Shown here: positions 49,104 through 58,858 of the stretch, in pieces
How positions within the stretch are numbered: position 1 is the stretch's first letter
Layout: every line of letters starts with the position of its first letter
NCBI GenBank assembly: GCA_047611265.1
Contig: JBLFWM010000001.1
Span: 82,155 to 146,154 of the forward strand
Length of the DNA stretch: 64,000 bases
Reading direction: 5' to 3'
DNA from: Gammaproteobacteria bacterium
GTDB lineage: Bacteria; Pseudomonadota; Gammaproteobacteria; GCA-002705445; GCA-002716945
Notes under the pieces: generated by a model
Databases searched by the model: none
The model's input: the letters and a program-made list of their open reading frames with translations, nothing else
What the model was told of the DNA's origin: nothing
Program-made: the position numbers and the translations under genes

Positions 49104-49596
49104 TATACCACCTGACAATAATTTTACTATTTTTAACACTAATTATGTTAGATTTTAAAAAAGGTATTAGAATTTCTTTTTGTGAATTATCATTCTTCAC
49201 AACAAGTATATCAGTATCTCCACTAGTAAATAAACTATCAGCAACTCCTAATAAAGCATTATTCTCATCAAATACAGCGCATCCTATTAGATCATGCCAA
49301 TAATACTCATTACTCTCTACTTCTGGCAATTCATCTGCGAGTGTATATAGATCCAGATTCATATATTTACTGCATGACTCAATGGTATCTATATCTTCTA
49401 ATTTCATTATGATTTTTTTTGGCATGAGATTATACTCGGTTACCATTAGCTGCTTGAGCTCATTATCTATTACTACTTTGAGATTGTATTTGAATATATC
49501 TTCGGGGTTAGATGTGTAGGACCCTATCGTAAACCACCCTTTTATACCATGCGTGGTGAGTATCTTGCCGACAATAATGTGATTGTCATATGACAT
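49093..49596 (-). CDS. rimM: ribosome maturation factor
   Basis: GKI...HGIKGW, EYYWHDLIG, LIPF; between rpsP and trmD. Confidence 0.9.
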   Translation of the reverse strand: MSYDNHIIVGKILTTHGIKGWFTIGSYTSNPEDIFKYNLKVVIDNELKQLMVTEYNLMPKKIIMKLEDIDTIESCSKYMNLDLYTLADELPEVESNEYYWHDLIGCAVFDENNALLGVADSLFTSGDTDILVVKNDNSQKEILIPFLKSNIISVKNSKIIVRWYSEI

Positions 49597-49603
49597 TTAT
49601 AAT

Positions 49604-50077
49604 TTATTTTTCTGTGTTTTCAACCGGCTTAGCTTCTGCTTTTGCTTCAACTACTGGTTCAGCTTCTGCTTTTGCTTCAACTACTGGTTCAGCTTCTGCT
49701 TTTGCTTCAACTACTGGTTCAGCTTCTGCTTTTGCTTCAACTACTGGTTCAGCTTCTGCTTCTTTTTTAGATAATTTTTTTTGTTTAACTTTTTCTAACT
49801 GTGAAGATTTTATTTTTTCACGCGTTTTGATATTTTCAGGGTCTAATGAATATTTTTTAAGATATTTAACACGGTCACTAATTTGAGCTCCTTTTGATAC
49901 CCAATAATCTAATCTTTCAATATCAATTTTGATTCTGTCTTGAGTTTCGAGCGCAGGATCATAGCTGCCAATTCTTTCGAGGCTTCTACCATCACGTCTA
50001 TCTCTTTGATCCATTACCACTATGTGATAATAAGGTCTTTTCTTAGCTCCGCCTCTTGATAACCTAATTCTAACCAT
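49604..50077 (-). CDS. rpsP: 30S ribosomal protein S16 with repetitive C-terminal extension
   Basis: MVRIRLSRGGAKKRPYY, RDGR..ERIG.YDP, W...GAQ.S. Confidence 0.95.
   Translation of the reverse strand: MVRIRLSRGGAKKRPYYHIVVMDQRDRRDGRSLERIGSYDPALETQDRIKIDIERLDYWVSKGAQISDRVKYLKKYSLDPENIKTREKIKSSQLEKVKQKKLSKKEAEAEPVVEAKAEAEPVVEAKAEAEPVVEAKAEAEPVVEAKAEAKPVENTEK
49631..49761. repeat. perfect 30-bp coding tandem repeat, 4 copies plus a partial, in rpsP
   Basis: Unit agcttctgcttttgcttcaactactggttc at 49631, 49661, 49691 and 49721; encodes AEAEPVVEAK. Confidence 0.95.
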
Positions 50078-50305
50078 AATCTTTAAATATCTCCTTCATT
50101 AGAAACAGCCAAATTATATCACTACTTATTGCAACTAGTTAGTTATTTTATTGGAAATCTTGTAATAATCAGATATCTAGGTATTTTTATGTATTAAATT
50201 TGCTATCATCATAGAAATGAGGGCTAATCTTGTTATAAAAATATTTAATAGCTATCTAATTTTTAGATATAGGCTAATATAATATATTGTTCAAACTGTA
50301 ATAAA

Positions 50306-51091
50306 ATGGAACTATTAGGCACATTAACTATAATTGGTTATATATTATCAACTCTAAGCATTAAATATGTGCTACTTGAGGAAGAATATAATTTTTATAA
50401 GAAGACATCTTTTGATGTTATTTTTTTCTTAAGCCTAATTCTATTTAGTATTTATGCTTACTCTCTTATCAGCAATGTTTATCAAAAATTTAATTTCATC
50501 ACATCACTAGAAATAACATTTCTTATAGTTAACTATCTATTTTTTCTGTTTATGTTCACAAAACCAATTAAACATCTCGGCTTGGTCTTATTGCCTCTAA
50601 CTGCTATTGCAATATTGATATCCATGGTATATCACGATAATACTAACCTAGGCTTTATAGATCCAGACTTAAGAATACATATTATAGTTTCTATAGCTTC
50701 TTATGGTTTTCTTGCTCTAGGAGCCATTCAGGCAATATTATTACGCTACCAAGAAAAAAAACTTAAAGATGTAGCGGACTCATTATTCCTCAATATATTA
50801 CCTTCAATAGAGAAAATGGAAAAGGTAATGTTTGATTTGATTATTTTTGGATTTATTTTACTCACATTATCGCTACTAAGTGGAGTTCCATTCGTTTCTA
50901 TGAACAAACATCCTGGTTTACTAGAAAAGATATTATTTTCAATAATTGCATGGGTAACATATTCATATCTAATATATAGCAGATTTTCCAAAGGTGTTCG
51001 GGGCAGAAGAGCAACAAGTTTTACTTTAACTGGCATGTCTTTCTTGCTTATAGCTTATCTTGGAACTAAATTATTTTTTGAGCTTTACTAG
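50306..51091 (+). CDS. CcsA/YpjD-like cytochrome c assembly family membrane protein
   Basis: Multiple TM helices, HIIVS...YG, LPSIEKME, G.RGRRA, LAYLG.K; divergent from rpsP. Confidence 0.78.
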   Translation: MELLGTLTIIGYILSTLSIKYVLLEEEYNFYKKTSFDVIFFLSLILFSIYAYSLISNVYQKFNFITSLEITFLIVNYLFFLFMFTKPIKHLGLVLLPLTAIAILISMVYHDNTNLGFIDPDLRIHIIVSIASYGFLALGAIQAILLRYQEKKLKDVADSLFLNILPSIEKMEKVMFDLIIFGFILLTLSLLSGVPFVSMNKHPGLLEKILFSIIAWVTYSYLIYSRFSKGVRGRRATSFTLTGMSFLLIAYLGTKLFFELY

Positions 51092-51115
51092 CGTATATAA
51101 TTCAACCAATCTATT

Positions 51116-52363
51116 ATGACTAATATTACAATTGAAAATCTATTTATAATTCTTTTTATATTGCTTTTGCTTTCTGCATTCTTTTCCGGAGCTGAAACAT
51201 CTTTAATGAGTGTTAATAGATATAAACTCAAACATAAATTTAAAACAGGAGACAAGTCTGCGGCCAGAGTTCATTTCTTAGTTGCTAATCCTGATAAAAC
51301 ATTAGGTTTAATTTTACTAATGAACAATTTTGTTAATATTTTAGCCTCTGCCATAAGTACTTTAATAGCAATTCAGTTATACGGAGAAGCAGGTGTTGCC
51401 ATATCTGTTATAATGCTAACTATTGTAATATTAATTTTTGCAGAAGTAACACCAAAAACATTCGCTGCTCTTTATCCAGATAAAATAGCATACCCAATAT
51501 CATGGATAGTTTATCCTTTGATGAAATTATTCAGCCCTATAGTTCTTATTATTAATTTAATTGCGAAAGTTCTTCTGAGAATATTTGGAGTAAAGCCTGA
51601 AAATGTTAATCAAGAATTATTAACTAAAGATGAAATAAAGTTAATTGTAAAAGAGTCAAGCAAGAGAATACCAAAAAGTCATGAAGACATGATAGTGAAT
51701 ATGCTTGATTTGGAGAAAGTTAAAATTGAAGATGCAATGATACCAAGAAGTATATTGGTAGCGGTTGACATTGATGATGATCTTAAAAAAATATCCGATG
51801 AAATTTTAAATTGTAAATACTCAAGGATTCCAATATATAGGAATGAATTTAATAAACTTTTAGGTTTTCTTCATAAAAGAAAAGTAATACAAATGCTAAT
51901 AAGTGGAGGTATTACAAAAGAAAAGATTATAAGTAATATTAATGCTCCTTACTTTATTCCAGAAGACACATCTCTAACAAGTCAGCTCATAGAGTTTAAG
52001 AAAGAAAGAAAAAGAATTGGTTTTGTTGTAGATGAGTATGGTGATGTAAAAGGAGTGGTGACACTAGATGACATTCTTGAAGAAATTGTAGGGGAATATA
52101 AGGATGAAGATAAATATAAAGGGATTATTAAAATTAAGAATAATGTATATATCATAGAAGGGGCTATTCAAATTAGAGAACTCAATAAAGTTTTAGGATG
52201 GAAAATATCTGAAAATATAGCAAAAACAGTGAATGGTTATATATTAGAGTGCTTAGAAAATATCCCATCAAAAGGTACTATATTTGAAAAAGATGGCTTC
52301 ATATATGAAATGGTTGAGGTTAGCAATAATTTTGTAAATAATGTAAAGATAACAAAAAAATAG
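51116..52363 (+). CDS. CNNM/HlyC-CorC family transporter (DUF21-CBS-CorC)
   Basis: SAFFSGAET, AEVTPK, YSRIP, VVDEYG...TLDDILEEIVG. Confidence 0.88.
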   Translation: MTNITIENLFIILFILLLLSAFFSGAETSLMSVNRYKLKHKFKTGDKSAARVHFLVANPDKTLGLILLMNNFVNILASAISTLIAIQLYGEAGVAISVIMLTIVILIFAEVTPKTFAALYPDKIAYPISWIVYPLMKLFSPIVLIINLIAKVLLRIFGVKPENVNQELLTKDEIKLIVKESSKRIPKSHEDMIVNMLDLEKVKIEDAMIPRSILVAVDIDDDLKKISDEILNCKYSRIPIYRNEFNKLLGFLHKRKVIQMLISGGITKEKIISNINAPYFIPEDTSLTSQLIEFKKERKRIGFVVDEYGDVKGVVTLDDILEEIVGEYKDEDKYKGIIKIKNNVYIIEGAIQIRELNKVLGWKISENIAKTVNGYILECLENIPSKGTIFEKDGFIYEMVEVSNNFVNNVKITKK

Positions 52364-52375
52364 TACTATATAATT

Positions 52376-52588
52376 ATGAATAAAAAATTAAAAAGTAATT
52401 TATCTACATTTGAAAAAGATCTAAAGTCAATGCAGTCAATCTTAGAAGAAATTGAGTCAAAAGATCTTGGCTTAGAAGAGATTATTGAAAAATATAAACT
52501 AGGTGTTGAATTGTCTAAGAAATGTCAAAAAGCATTAGAAGAAGCTGAGCAAAAAATTAAACAAATTACAGATGATACAGAAAAATAG
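52376..52588 (+). CDS. xseB: exodeoxyribonuclease VII small subunit
   Basis: FE...L...LEE..E..Y..G..L...C...L..AEQKI; upstream of dxs. Confidence 0.85.
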   Translation: MNKKLKSNLSTFEKDLKSMQSILEEIESKDLGLEEIIEKYKLGVELSKKCQKALEEAEQKIKQITDDTEK

Positions 52589-52590
52589 TA

Positions 52591-54474
52591 ATGAGCGAGA
52601 ATTATAAAATATTAGACATAGTTAATAGTCCGGCTGATCTAAAAGGTCTTACCAAAAAGGAAGTGTTATCTCTATCAGAAGAACTCAGGGAATTTATTAT
52701 TGAATCAGTTTCTCAAACTGGTGGGCATCTAGCTGCTGGGCTTGGGACAGTCGATATCACCATAGCTCTTCATTATGTATATGATACACCAAGAGATATT
52801 TTAGTATGGGATATTGGACATCAATGCTATCCGCATAAAGTATTGACTGGCAGAAAAAACCTAATGTCTTCTCTTAGAAAAAAAGATGGTATATCAGGAT
52901 TCTTAAAAAGAGATGAAAGTGAATATGATTCTTTTGGTGCTGGCCATTCAAGCACATCTATTAGTGCGGCAGTAGGATATGAAATTGCTTCAAGACTAAA
53001 TAAGCAAAATAATAAAGTTGTTGCAATAATTGGAGATGGAGGTTTAACAGCAGGTATGGCGTTTGAAGCACTTGGTCATGCCGGTGGAATTAAATCAAAT
53101 ATATTAGTAATACTAAATGATAATGAAATGTCTATTTCCCCAAATGTTGGAGCAATTCATAAATATCTCACTAAAATATTAACTGGGAAAACATTTTCAT
53201 CCTTTAAAGAAAGCGGTAAAAAAGTTTTAAGTAAAGTTAAAGCGATAGAAGAGATAGCAAAAAAAGTAGAAAATCAGGCAAAAGGTCTCATAACACCGGG
53301 TTTATTATTTGAAGAACTAGGGTTTAAATATTACGGGCCCACAGATGGGCATGATGTTAATGGGTTAATTGATGTATTAGAAAATCTAAAAGATCAGTCT
53401 GGTCCTAGGATTCTTCATGTAATTACAAAAAAAGGGAAAGGGTATAAATTAGCTGAGCAAAACCCAATTTCATACCATGGAGTAACCCCGTTTGATATTA
53501 AAACTGGTAAGCCAAAAACTAAAAAAATTAATAATAAGCTAACATATACTCAAATTTTCAGCAGGTGGATAGATCAAGCTGCAAGCATAGATGATAAGCT
53601 TGTGGTAATTACACCGGCAATGAGAGAAGGTTCCGGGCTTGTTGATTTTGAGAAAAAATATCCAGAAAAATATTTTGATGTGGGGATTGCGGAACAGCAT
53701 GCGGTGACGTTAGCTGGAGGAATGTCTTGTGGGGGCTTGAAGCCTATTATAGCAATATATTCAACTTTTCTTCAAAGAGCCTATGATCAATTAATACATG
53801 ATATTGTTGTGCAAGATCTTGATATTCTACTGGCAATTGACAGGGCTGGTATAGTGGGAGCTGATGGAGAGACTCATCAAGGTATATATGATATTTCCTT
53901 CTTAAGAATTCTTCCTAAAATAGTTCTCATGACTCCATCAGATGAATTAGAGATGTGGAAAATGTTGTCTACCGGTCAAAAACACAAAGGTTTGGCTGCG
54001 GTTAGATATCCAAGAGGATATACTCAAGGCGAGGATATCAGCTTAGATCACACAACTATAGAGATAGGAAAGAGTAGAATAATTGAGAAAGGAAGTAAAA
54101 TAGCCTATCTTGTATTTGGAACGTTACTGAATACTGTCAAAAAAGTAGCTAAAAAAAATGGTGCCACTATAATTGACATGAGATTTGTGAAACCTATTGA
54201 TGAAGATATGATTATAGATATTTGTAATACACATGATTATATATTTACAGTAGAAGACAATGTTATACTAGGTGGTGCTGGAACTGCTGTTAATGAAGTT
54301 ATGAGCAGGCATTCATTAAAAAATAACCTGATAAATATAGGTGTTCCAGATAAAATTATACCTCATGGAAACCAAAGCGAAATATTATCAGAATTGGGAC
54401 TTGATGAGCTTGGTATAGAAAAAATCACTAATAACCATATGCATAATATGGTAAAAATGAGCAGTAAAAAATAA
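52591..54474 (+). CDS. dxs: 1-deoxy-D-xylulose-5-phosphate synthase
   Basis: GGHL, WDIGHQ, GHSSTSISA, GDG...NDN, DVGIAEQH, YSTFLQRAYDQ, DRAG. Confidence 0.96.
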   Translation: MSENYKILDIVNSPADLKGLTKKEVLSLSEELREFIIESVSQTGGHLAAGLGTVDITIALHYVYDTPRDILVWDIGHQCYPHKVLTGRKNLMSSLRKKDGISGFLKRDESEYDSFGAGHSSTSISAAVGYEIASRLNKQNNKVVAIIGDGGLTAGMAFEALGHAGGIKSNILVILNDNEMSISPNVGAIHKYLTKILTGKTFSSFKESGKKVLSKVKAIEEIAKKVENQAKGLITPGLLFEELGFKYYGPTDGHDVNGLIDVLENLKDQSGPRILHVITKKGKGYKLAEQNPISYHGVTPFDIKTGKPKTKKINNKLTYTQIFSRWIDQAASIDDKLVVITPAMREGSGLVDFEKKYPEKYFDVGIAEQHAVTLAGGMSCGGLKPIIAIYSTFLQRAYDQLIHDIVVQDLDILLAIDRAGIVGADGETHQGIYDISFLRILPKIVLMTPSDELEMWKMLSTGQKHKGLAAVRYPRGYTQGEDISLDHTTIEIGKSRIIEKGSKIAYLVFGTLLNTVKKVAKKNGATIIDMRFVKPIDEDMIIDICNTHDYIFTVEDNVILGGAGTAVNEVMSRHSLKNNLINIGVPDKIIPHGNQSEILSELGLDELGIEKITNNHMHNMVKMSSKK

Positions 54475-54490
54475 AACTGGAGAAATAGAT

Positions 54491-54859
54491 ATTTATACCC
54501 TAACCACGTTTGTTGAATTTTCATCAGCACATGTCCTGAACGGTCATGAAGGGGCTTGCAAAAGAATGCACGGGCATAATTGGAAAGTTGAAGTTGAAGT
54601 TTGTGGAAATAAACTAGATAATATTGGAATGGTAATAGATTTCAAAGAAATAAGGAATATGACAAAAGGTGTTGTTGATCAATTAGATCATCGTTTCCTA
54701 AATGACTTGGATCCATTTAAAAAAATAAACCCTACAGCTGAAAATATTGCCCAGTATATTTATAAAGAATTATCTGAAATCATGAATGACAAGCAAATAG
54801 AGGTTAAGTCAATTAAACTATGGGAAACAGAAAAATCAGCAGTAACTTTCACAGGATAA
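54491..54859 (+). CDS. queD: 6-carboxytetrahydropterin synthase, probable non-canonical ATT start
   Basis: Frame extends upstream of ATG 54566 as IYTLTTFVEFSSAHVLNGHEGACKRMHGHNW; also DHRFLN, NPTAENIA, WET. Confidence 0.8.
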   Translation: MYTLTTFVEFSSAHVLNGHEGACKRMHGHNWKVEVEVCGNKLDNIGMVIDFKEIRNMTKGVVDQLDHRFLNDLDPFKKINPTAENIAQYIYKELSEIMNDKQIEVKSIKLWETEKSAVTFTG

Positions 54860-54862
54860 ATA

Positions 54863-55681
54863 ATGGCTACTAATAAAAAATCTATCAAAGAATTAAATAA
54901 ATCAAATTTACCTGATACTCAAGGTCTTGAGGATACAAGAAATTTACCAATCAACAAGGTTGGTATAAAAGACATCCTCCATCCCGTGGTTATTAAACAG
55001 AGATCAGGAAAAGAACAAACAACGGTTGCAAACTTTAACATGTATGTGAACTTGCCTCATAATTTAAAAGGCACTCATATGTCTAGGTTTGTACATATAC
55101 TTAATAATCATCAAGATCATATAACTGTAGATACATTTAAAAAAATGATAACAGAAATGCTTGTTCTCTTAGAGGCAGAATCTGGACATATTGAGATGAA
55201 ATTTCCTTATTTTATAAATAAGACTGCTCCAGCTTCTAAAGTTAAAAGTTTACTAGACTACACGGTTACTTTTATTGGTGAGATTGAAAAAGGAGTATCT
55301 AACCTCAGAGTAAAAGTATTGGTTCCCGTGACTAGCTTATGTCCGTGCTCAAAAAAAATATCAGCGTACGGAGCTCACAATCAACGATCACATGTAACAG
55401 TTACCGTTAATATAAAAGATTTTATTTGGATTGAAGAAATAATAGATATAGTAGAGAAAGAGGCATCTTCTGAATTATATGCATTATTAAAGAGACCTGA
55501 TGAAAAACATGTGACTGAATTAGCTTATGATAACCCTAAATTTGTTGAAGACATGGTTAGAGATATTGCAAGCCATTTTACTGATGATGATAGAGTGAGC
55601 GAATATACTGTCGAATCTGAAAATTTTGAATCCATTCATAACCATTCAGCGTATGCTCAAATTCACCAAATAAAAGATTAG
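54863..55681 (+). CDS. folE2: GTP cyclohydrolase IB
   Basis: [45 protein letters not shown]. Confidence 0.92.
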   Translation: MATNKKSIKELNKSNLPDTQGLEDTRNLPINKVGIKDILHPVVIKQRSGKEQTTVANFNMYVNLPHNLKGTHMSRFVHILNNHQDHITVDTFKKMITEMLVLLEAESGHIEMKFPYFINKTAPASKVKSLLDYTVTFIGEIEKGVSNLRVKVLVPVTSLCPCSKKISAYGAHNQRSHVTVTVNIKDFIWIEEIIDIVEKEASSELYALLKRPDEKHVTELAYDNPKFVEDMVRDIASHFTDDDRVSEYTVESENFESIHNHSAYAQIHQIKD

Positions 55682-56779
55682 TTATCTTAAGTCCGCATAA
55701 AGTGCTCGGATTACTTCTTCCGTTGCAGTATTCGTGATATTAGTAAACATATCGTTTTGAATTTCAATCAGTGTTCCTTCCTGACTAGTAACTAGTACTA
55801 TGTTAAATGAATTAATATTTTCTGAAGATTTCCAAAAAGCTAAGTAATTTAATATTGATGAGTCGCTAGCCTTGTCTTCCTCGACAGATACTCTGATCAA
55901 ACCATCTTCTTCTTTAGTGGATAAAATATTGATTCCATAAGTGTCTAGAGATTTCATAACAGCTGGCCAAACTCTTGCGTAAATATCATTAATATATAGC
56001 GTGTGAAACCCATTTTCATCTATACTCATGCTTGCTTTACTTCTAAGGCCTGTTGATTTGATAACAGAGTACCCTTTTGACTTAGCTTCCTCTCCCCCAA
56101 GGTAGATGTATAATCTTGATACCATCTCGCTCTCAAATTCTGAATCTCTAACTCTATTCTGCCACCTAAATTCTGTATCTCCATCGGACATGTATTCTTT
56201 ACCATAATGTGTAATTAAAATATCCAGTGAGTCATCCTTTAGCAAAACTCTGGTACTATAACTATCTCGTGTTTCAGGAGCTACAAGAAGGGGTACATAC
56301 CTGCCAACAATTCTTTGAACAGTACCCAACTGAGCTTCACTTAGATTTTCTAAGAAACCAGTTTTCATAATTCCTAAGGTGTAATCTTTCTTAGTTAAGC
56401 GAAAACCTTCAGCTAACCAAAAATCAGAAAGCTTCTTCCAAACATATTCTTTATTATTTGTATTTAAACTAATGAATGAATCTCTACCTGATCTTAAAAT
56501 ACTTATTCCATCTAACTTGGTATCTACCGTGAAAACTTCCATCCCTTTGTCACCATCATACCCTGGTATCTCTAGAATATCTGATGAGTCTGGATTAATT
56601 AAATCCGGCGGAACTATTAAGTCAAATTGCGTGTCATCATAAGATTTACTTGTTTTGTAGACCACTAAATCTTTTCTTTCTGGGGACGTTAGATTATCAA
56701 TATATTCAGCTACTGGAGAACATCCGCTAAAGACAAGCAAAGGAAGTATTATTGTTATAGGTAGTAATTTTGATTTCAT
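55682..56779 (-). CDS. outer-membrane lipoprotein BamC/NlpB-like
   Basis: Lipobox FSGC, L.VPPDL, FW...GF, RD.Y; downstream of dapA. Confidence 0.7.
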   Translation of the reverse strand: MKSKLLPITIILPLLVFSGCSPVAEYIDNLTSPERKDLVVYKTSKSYDDTQFDLIVPPDLINPDSSDILEIPGYDGDKGMEVFTVDTKLDGISILRSGRDSFISLNTNNKEYVWKKLSDFWLAEGFRLTKKDYTLGIMKTGFLENLSEAQLGTVQRIVGRYVPLLVAPETRDSYSTRVLLKDDSLDILITHYGKEYMSDGDTEFRWQNRVRDSEFESEMVSRLYIYLGGEEAKSKGYSVIKSTGLRSKASMSIDENGFHTLYINDIYARVWPAVMKSLDTYGINILSTKEEDGLIRVSVEEDKASDSSILNYLAFWKSSENINSFNIVLVTSQEGTLIEIQNDMFTNITNTATEEVIRALYADLR

Positions 56780-56782
56780 TAT

Positions 56783-57667
56783 TTAACTTTTAGGTATTAT
56801 ACCAGCATTATACAGAGATTCTTCTAGAATATTTTCATATTTACTGTCCAGCCATGTTAACGGTAGCCTTATGCCTTTTTTAATTAAGCCCATTCTGTGA
56901 AGAGCCCATTTAACAGGTATAGGATTAGACTCAGTAAAAAGATTGTCATGCAATATGTCTAACTTGGAGTTAATCTTATTTGCTTCTTCAGCATTACCGT
57001 CTATGGCAAATTTACACATTTCATGCATATCTAGTGGCGCTACATTTGCAGTTACAGAAATATTGCCCTTAAAACCTAGCAAGAGGTCTCTAACAGATGT
57101 TTTATCATCGCCAGTAAATATAGATATGTTGTCGGCACATTTTTCAAGGAGCTCTTTTGATCTTTCTAGATTTCCAGAAGCCTCTTTTATGGCAATAATG
57201 TTTGGATGACTAGATAACCTATGGACTGTATCTGGAAGCATGTCGACAGATGTTCTGCCAGGTACATTATATAAAATCTGTGGAATATTAACCTTATCAG
57301 CAATCATTTTATAATGCTCATACAAGCCATTCTGGGTAGGTTTATTATAGTATGGCGTCACTAGTAAGCATCCGTCAGCCCCAAGCTCTTTTGACCTTTG
57401 AGTGAGCTCTATAGCTTCGCTAGTAGAATTAGCACCAGAACCAGCAATCACTGGTATTCTTTTATTCACAACTGATAATGTTGCTTTAATAACTTCCGAG
57501 TGTTCTTTAAAAGTTAAAGTAGCAGACTCACCTGTAGTACCAACAGAAACTATAACATCTGTCTTATTTTCAATATGAAACTCAATAAGTCTTTCTAAAG
57601 ACTCATGGTCTAGAGAACCATCTCTATTCATTGGTGTGGCAATAGCCACCATACTTCCTTTAAACAT
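56783..57667 (-). CDS. dapA: 4-hydroxy-tetrahydrodipicolinate synthase
   Basis: GTTGES, TPYYNKP, LYNVPGRT, IKEASG, NPIPVK. Confidence 0.95.
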   Translation of the reverse strand: MFKGSMVAIATPMNRDGSLDHESLERLIEFHIENKTDVIVSVGTTGESATLTFKEHSEVIKATLSVVNKRIPVIAGSGANSTSEAIELTQRSKELGADGCLLVTPYYNKPTQNGLYEHYKMIADKVNIPQILYNVPGRTSVDMLPDTVHRLSSHPNIIAIKEASGNLERSKELLEKCADNISIFTGDDKTSVRDLLLGFKGNISVTANVAPLDMHEMCKFAIDGNAEEANKINSKLDILHDNLFTESNPIPVKWALHRMGLIKKGIRLPLTWLDSKYENILEESLYNAGIIPKS

Positions 57668-57685
57668 ACATGCTCCTAGTCCAGT

Positions 57686-58747
57686 TTAAGGCCTATACTC
57701 AGTTCTTGGCCAAATATTCAATAATGTATTCACTAATACTGCCAAAGGTATTGCAAAAAAGACACCCCAAATTCCCCATATTGTACCAAAAAATAAAATT
57801 GAAATCAGAATTGCTAGAGGATGAAGGTTTACTGCATCAGAGAATAAAACAGGTACTACAACATTGCCGTCTAGAATTTGTATAATGATATGTGCAAGCA
57901 CGATATACCAGAACTCTGAAGACGTTCCCCACTGAAAATATCCAACAAATACTATCGGTATAGTGACAGCAATGGCTCCGACATATGGAATAATTACTGA
58001 TATTCCACAGAGGAAACCTAATACTAAAGAGTAGTTAAGCCCTAAAATAGTAAAAAATAAAGTTGATGCTACCCAAACAATAATAATCTCTATAAACTTA
58101 CATCTAATATAATTTCCTATTTTTAAATCTAGCTCGGCATAAGCTTTTTTTGATAAATCTAGTTTTTCTGGAAAAAATTTTTTAAACCACCCGTTAATTT
58201 CTTTTTTATCAAAAAGTAAGAAAAAAATTAGTATAGGAACAATTAACATATAAATCATTGTTTCTATAATACTTCCCGCAGATGATAAAGAGTAAGACAC
58301 AATTGAGCCATACATATTATATATTTCAGTGTTTAATGCTGAAAAAATATTTGTTAATTGACCTTCAGTAACCAGAGCTTTATCTGACGATGTGAAATTA
58401 AGTAATAAAATTTTTCCTTTTTCTAAAATCGAAGGTAAAGATTTTACAAATAAAGTAAACTGATCAATCATAAGTGGCAATATTAAAAATAATGTGACCA
58501 TTGAGATAGCAATAAAAGAGAAATATACAAGTAACACAACAGTATTTCTTTTAAGTGAATAATTTTTGGTAAATCGATGAACCACTCCCTCTAACATATA
58601 AGCAAGTATTATAGCTACTAAAATAGGTGTTACTGTAGCCAATAATATATAAGTAATCAGAGAAATAGATAATATTATTAGAGCTAATGCTACCTGATTT
58701 GGGTCAGTTAAATGGCTGTCATACCATTCTTTGAAAAATTTGAACAT
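57686..58747 (-). CDS. AI-2E/PerM family transporter
   Basis: Multiple TM helices, IPYVG, LDGNVVVP.LF, LHP, WG.WGVFFAIP. Confidence 0.85.
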   Translation of the reverse strand: MFKFFKEWYDSHLTDPNQVALALIILSISLITYILLATVTPILVAIILAYMLEGVVHRFTKNYSLKRNTVVLLVYFSFIAISMVTLFLILPLMIDQFTLFVKSLPSILEKGKILLLNFTSSDKALVTEGQLTNIFSALNTEIYNMYGSIVSYSLSSAGSIIETMIYMLIVPILIFFLLFDKKEINGWFKKFFPEKLDLSKKAYAELDLKIGNYIRCKFIEIIIVWVASTLFFTILGLNYSLVLGFLCGISVIIPYVGAIAVTIPIVFVGYFQWGTSSEFWYIVLAHIIIQILDGNVVVPVLFSDAVNLHPLAILISILFFGTIWGIWGVFFAIPLAVLVNTLLNIWPRTEYRP

Positions 58748-58858
58748 ACTTTATTAGCTTTAAACTCGTTTAAATTGCTTTATATATAATAACTATATTC
58801 ATGGTAAACTAAAACATCAATTTATAATATATCAATACTATTAAATAGTGATTAAGAG

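Noticed and set aside
49590-49886. CRISPR-like array or plus-strand repeat ORFs
   Set aside because: Units are contiguous with no spacers and are in frame within rpsP; the plus-strand ORFs are shadows
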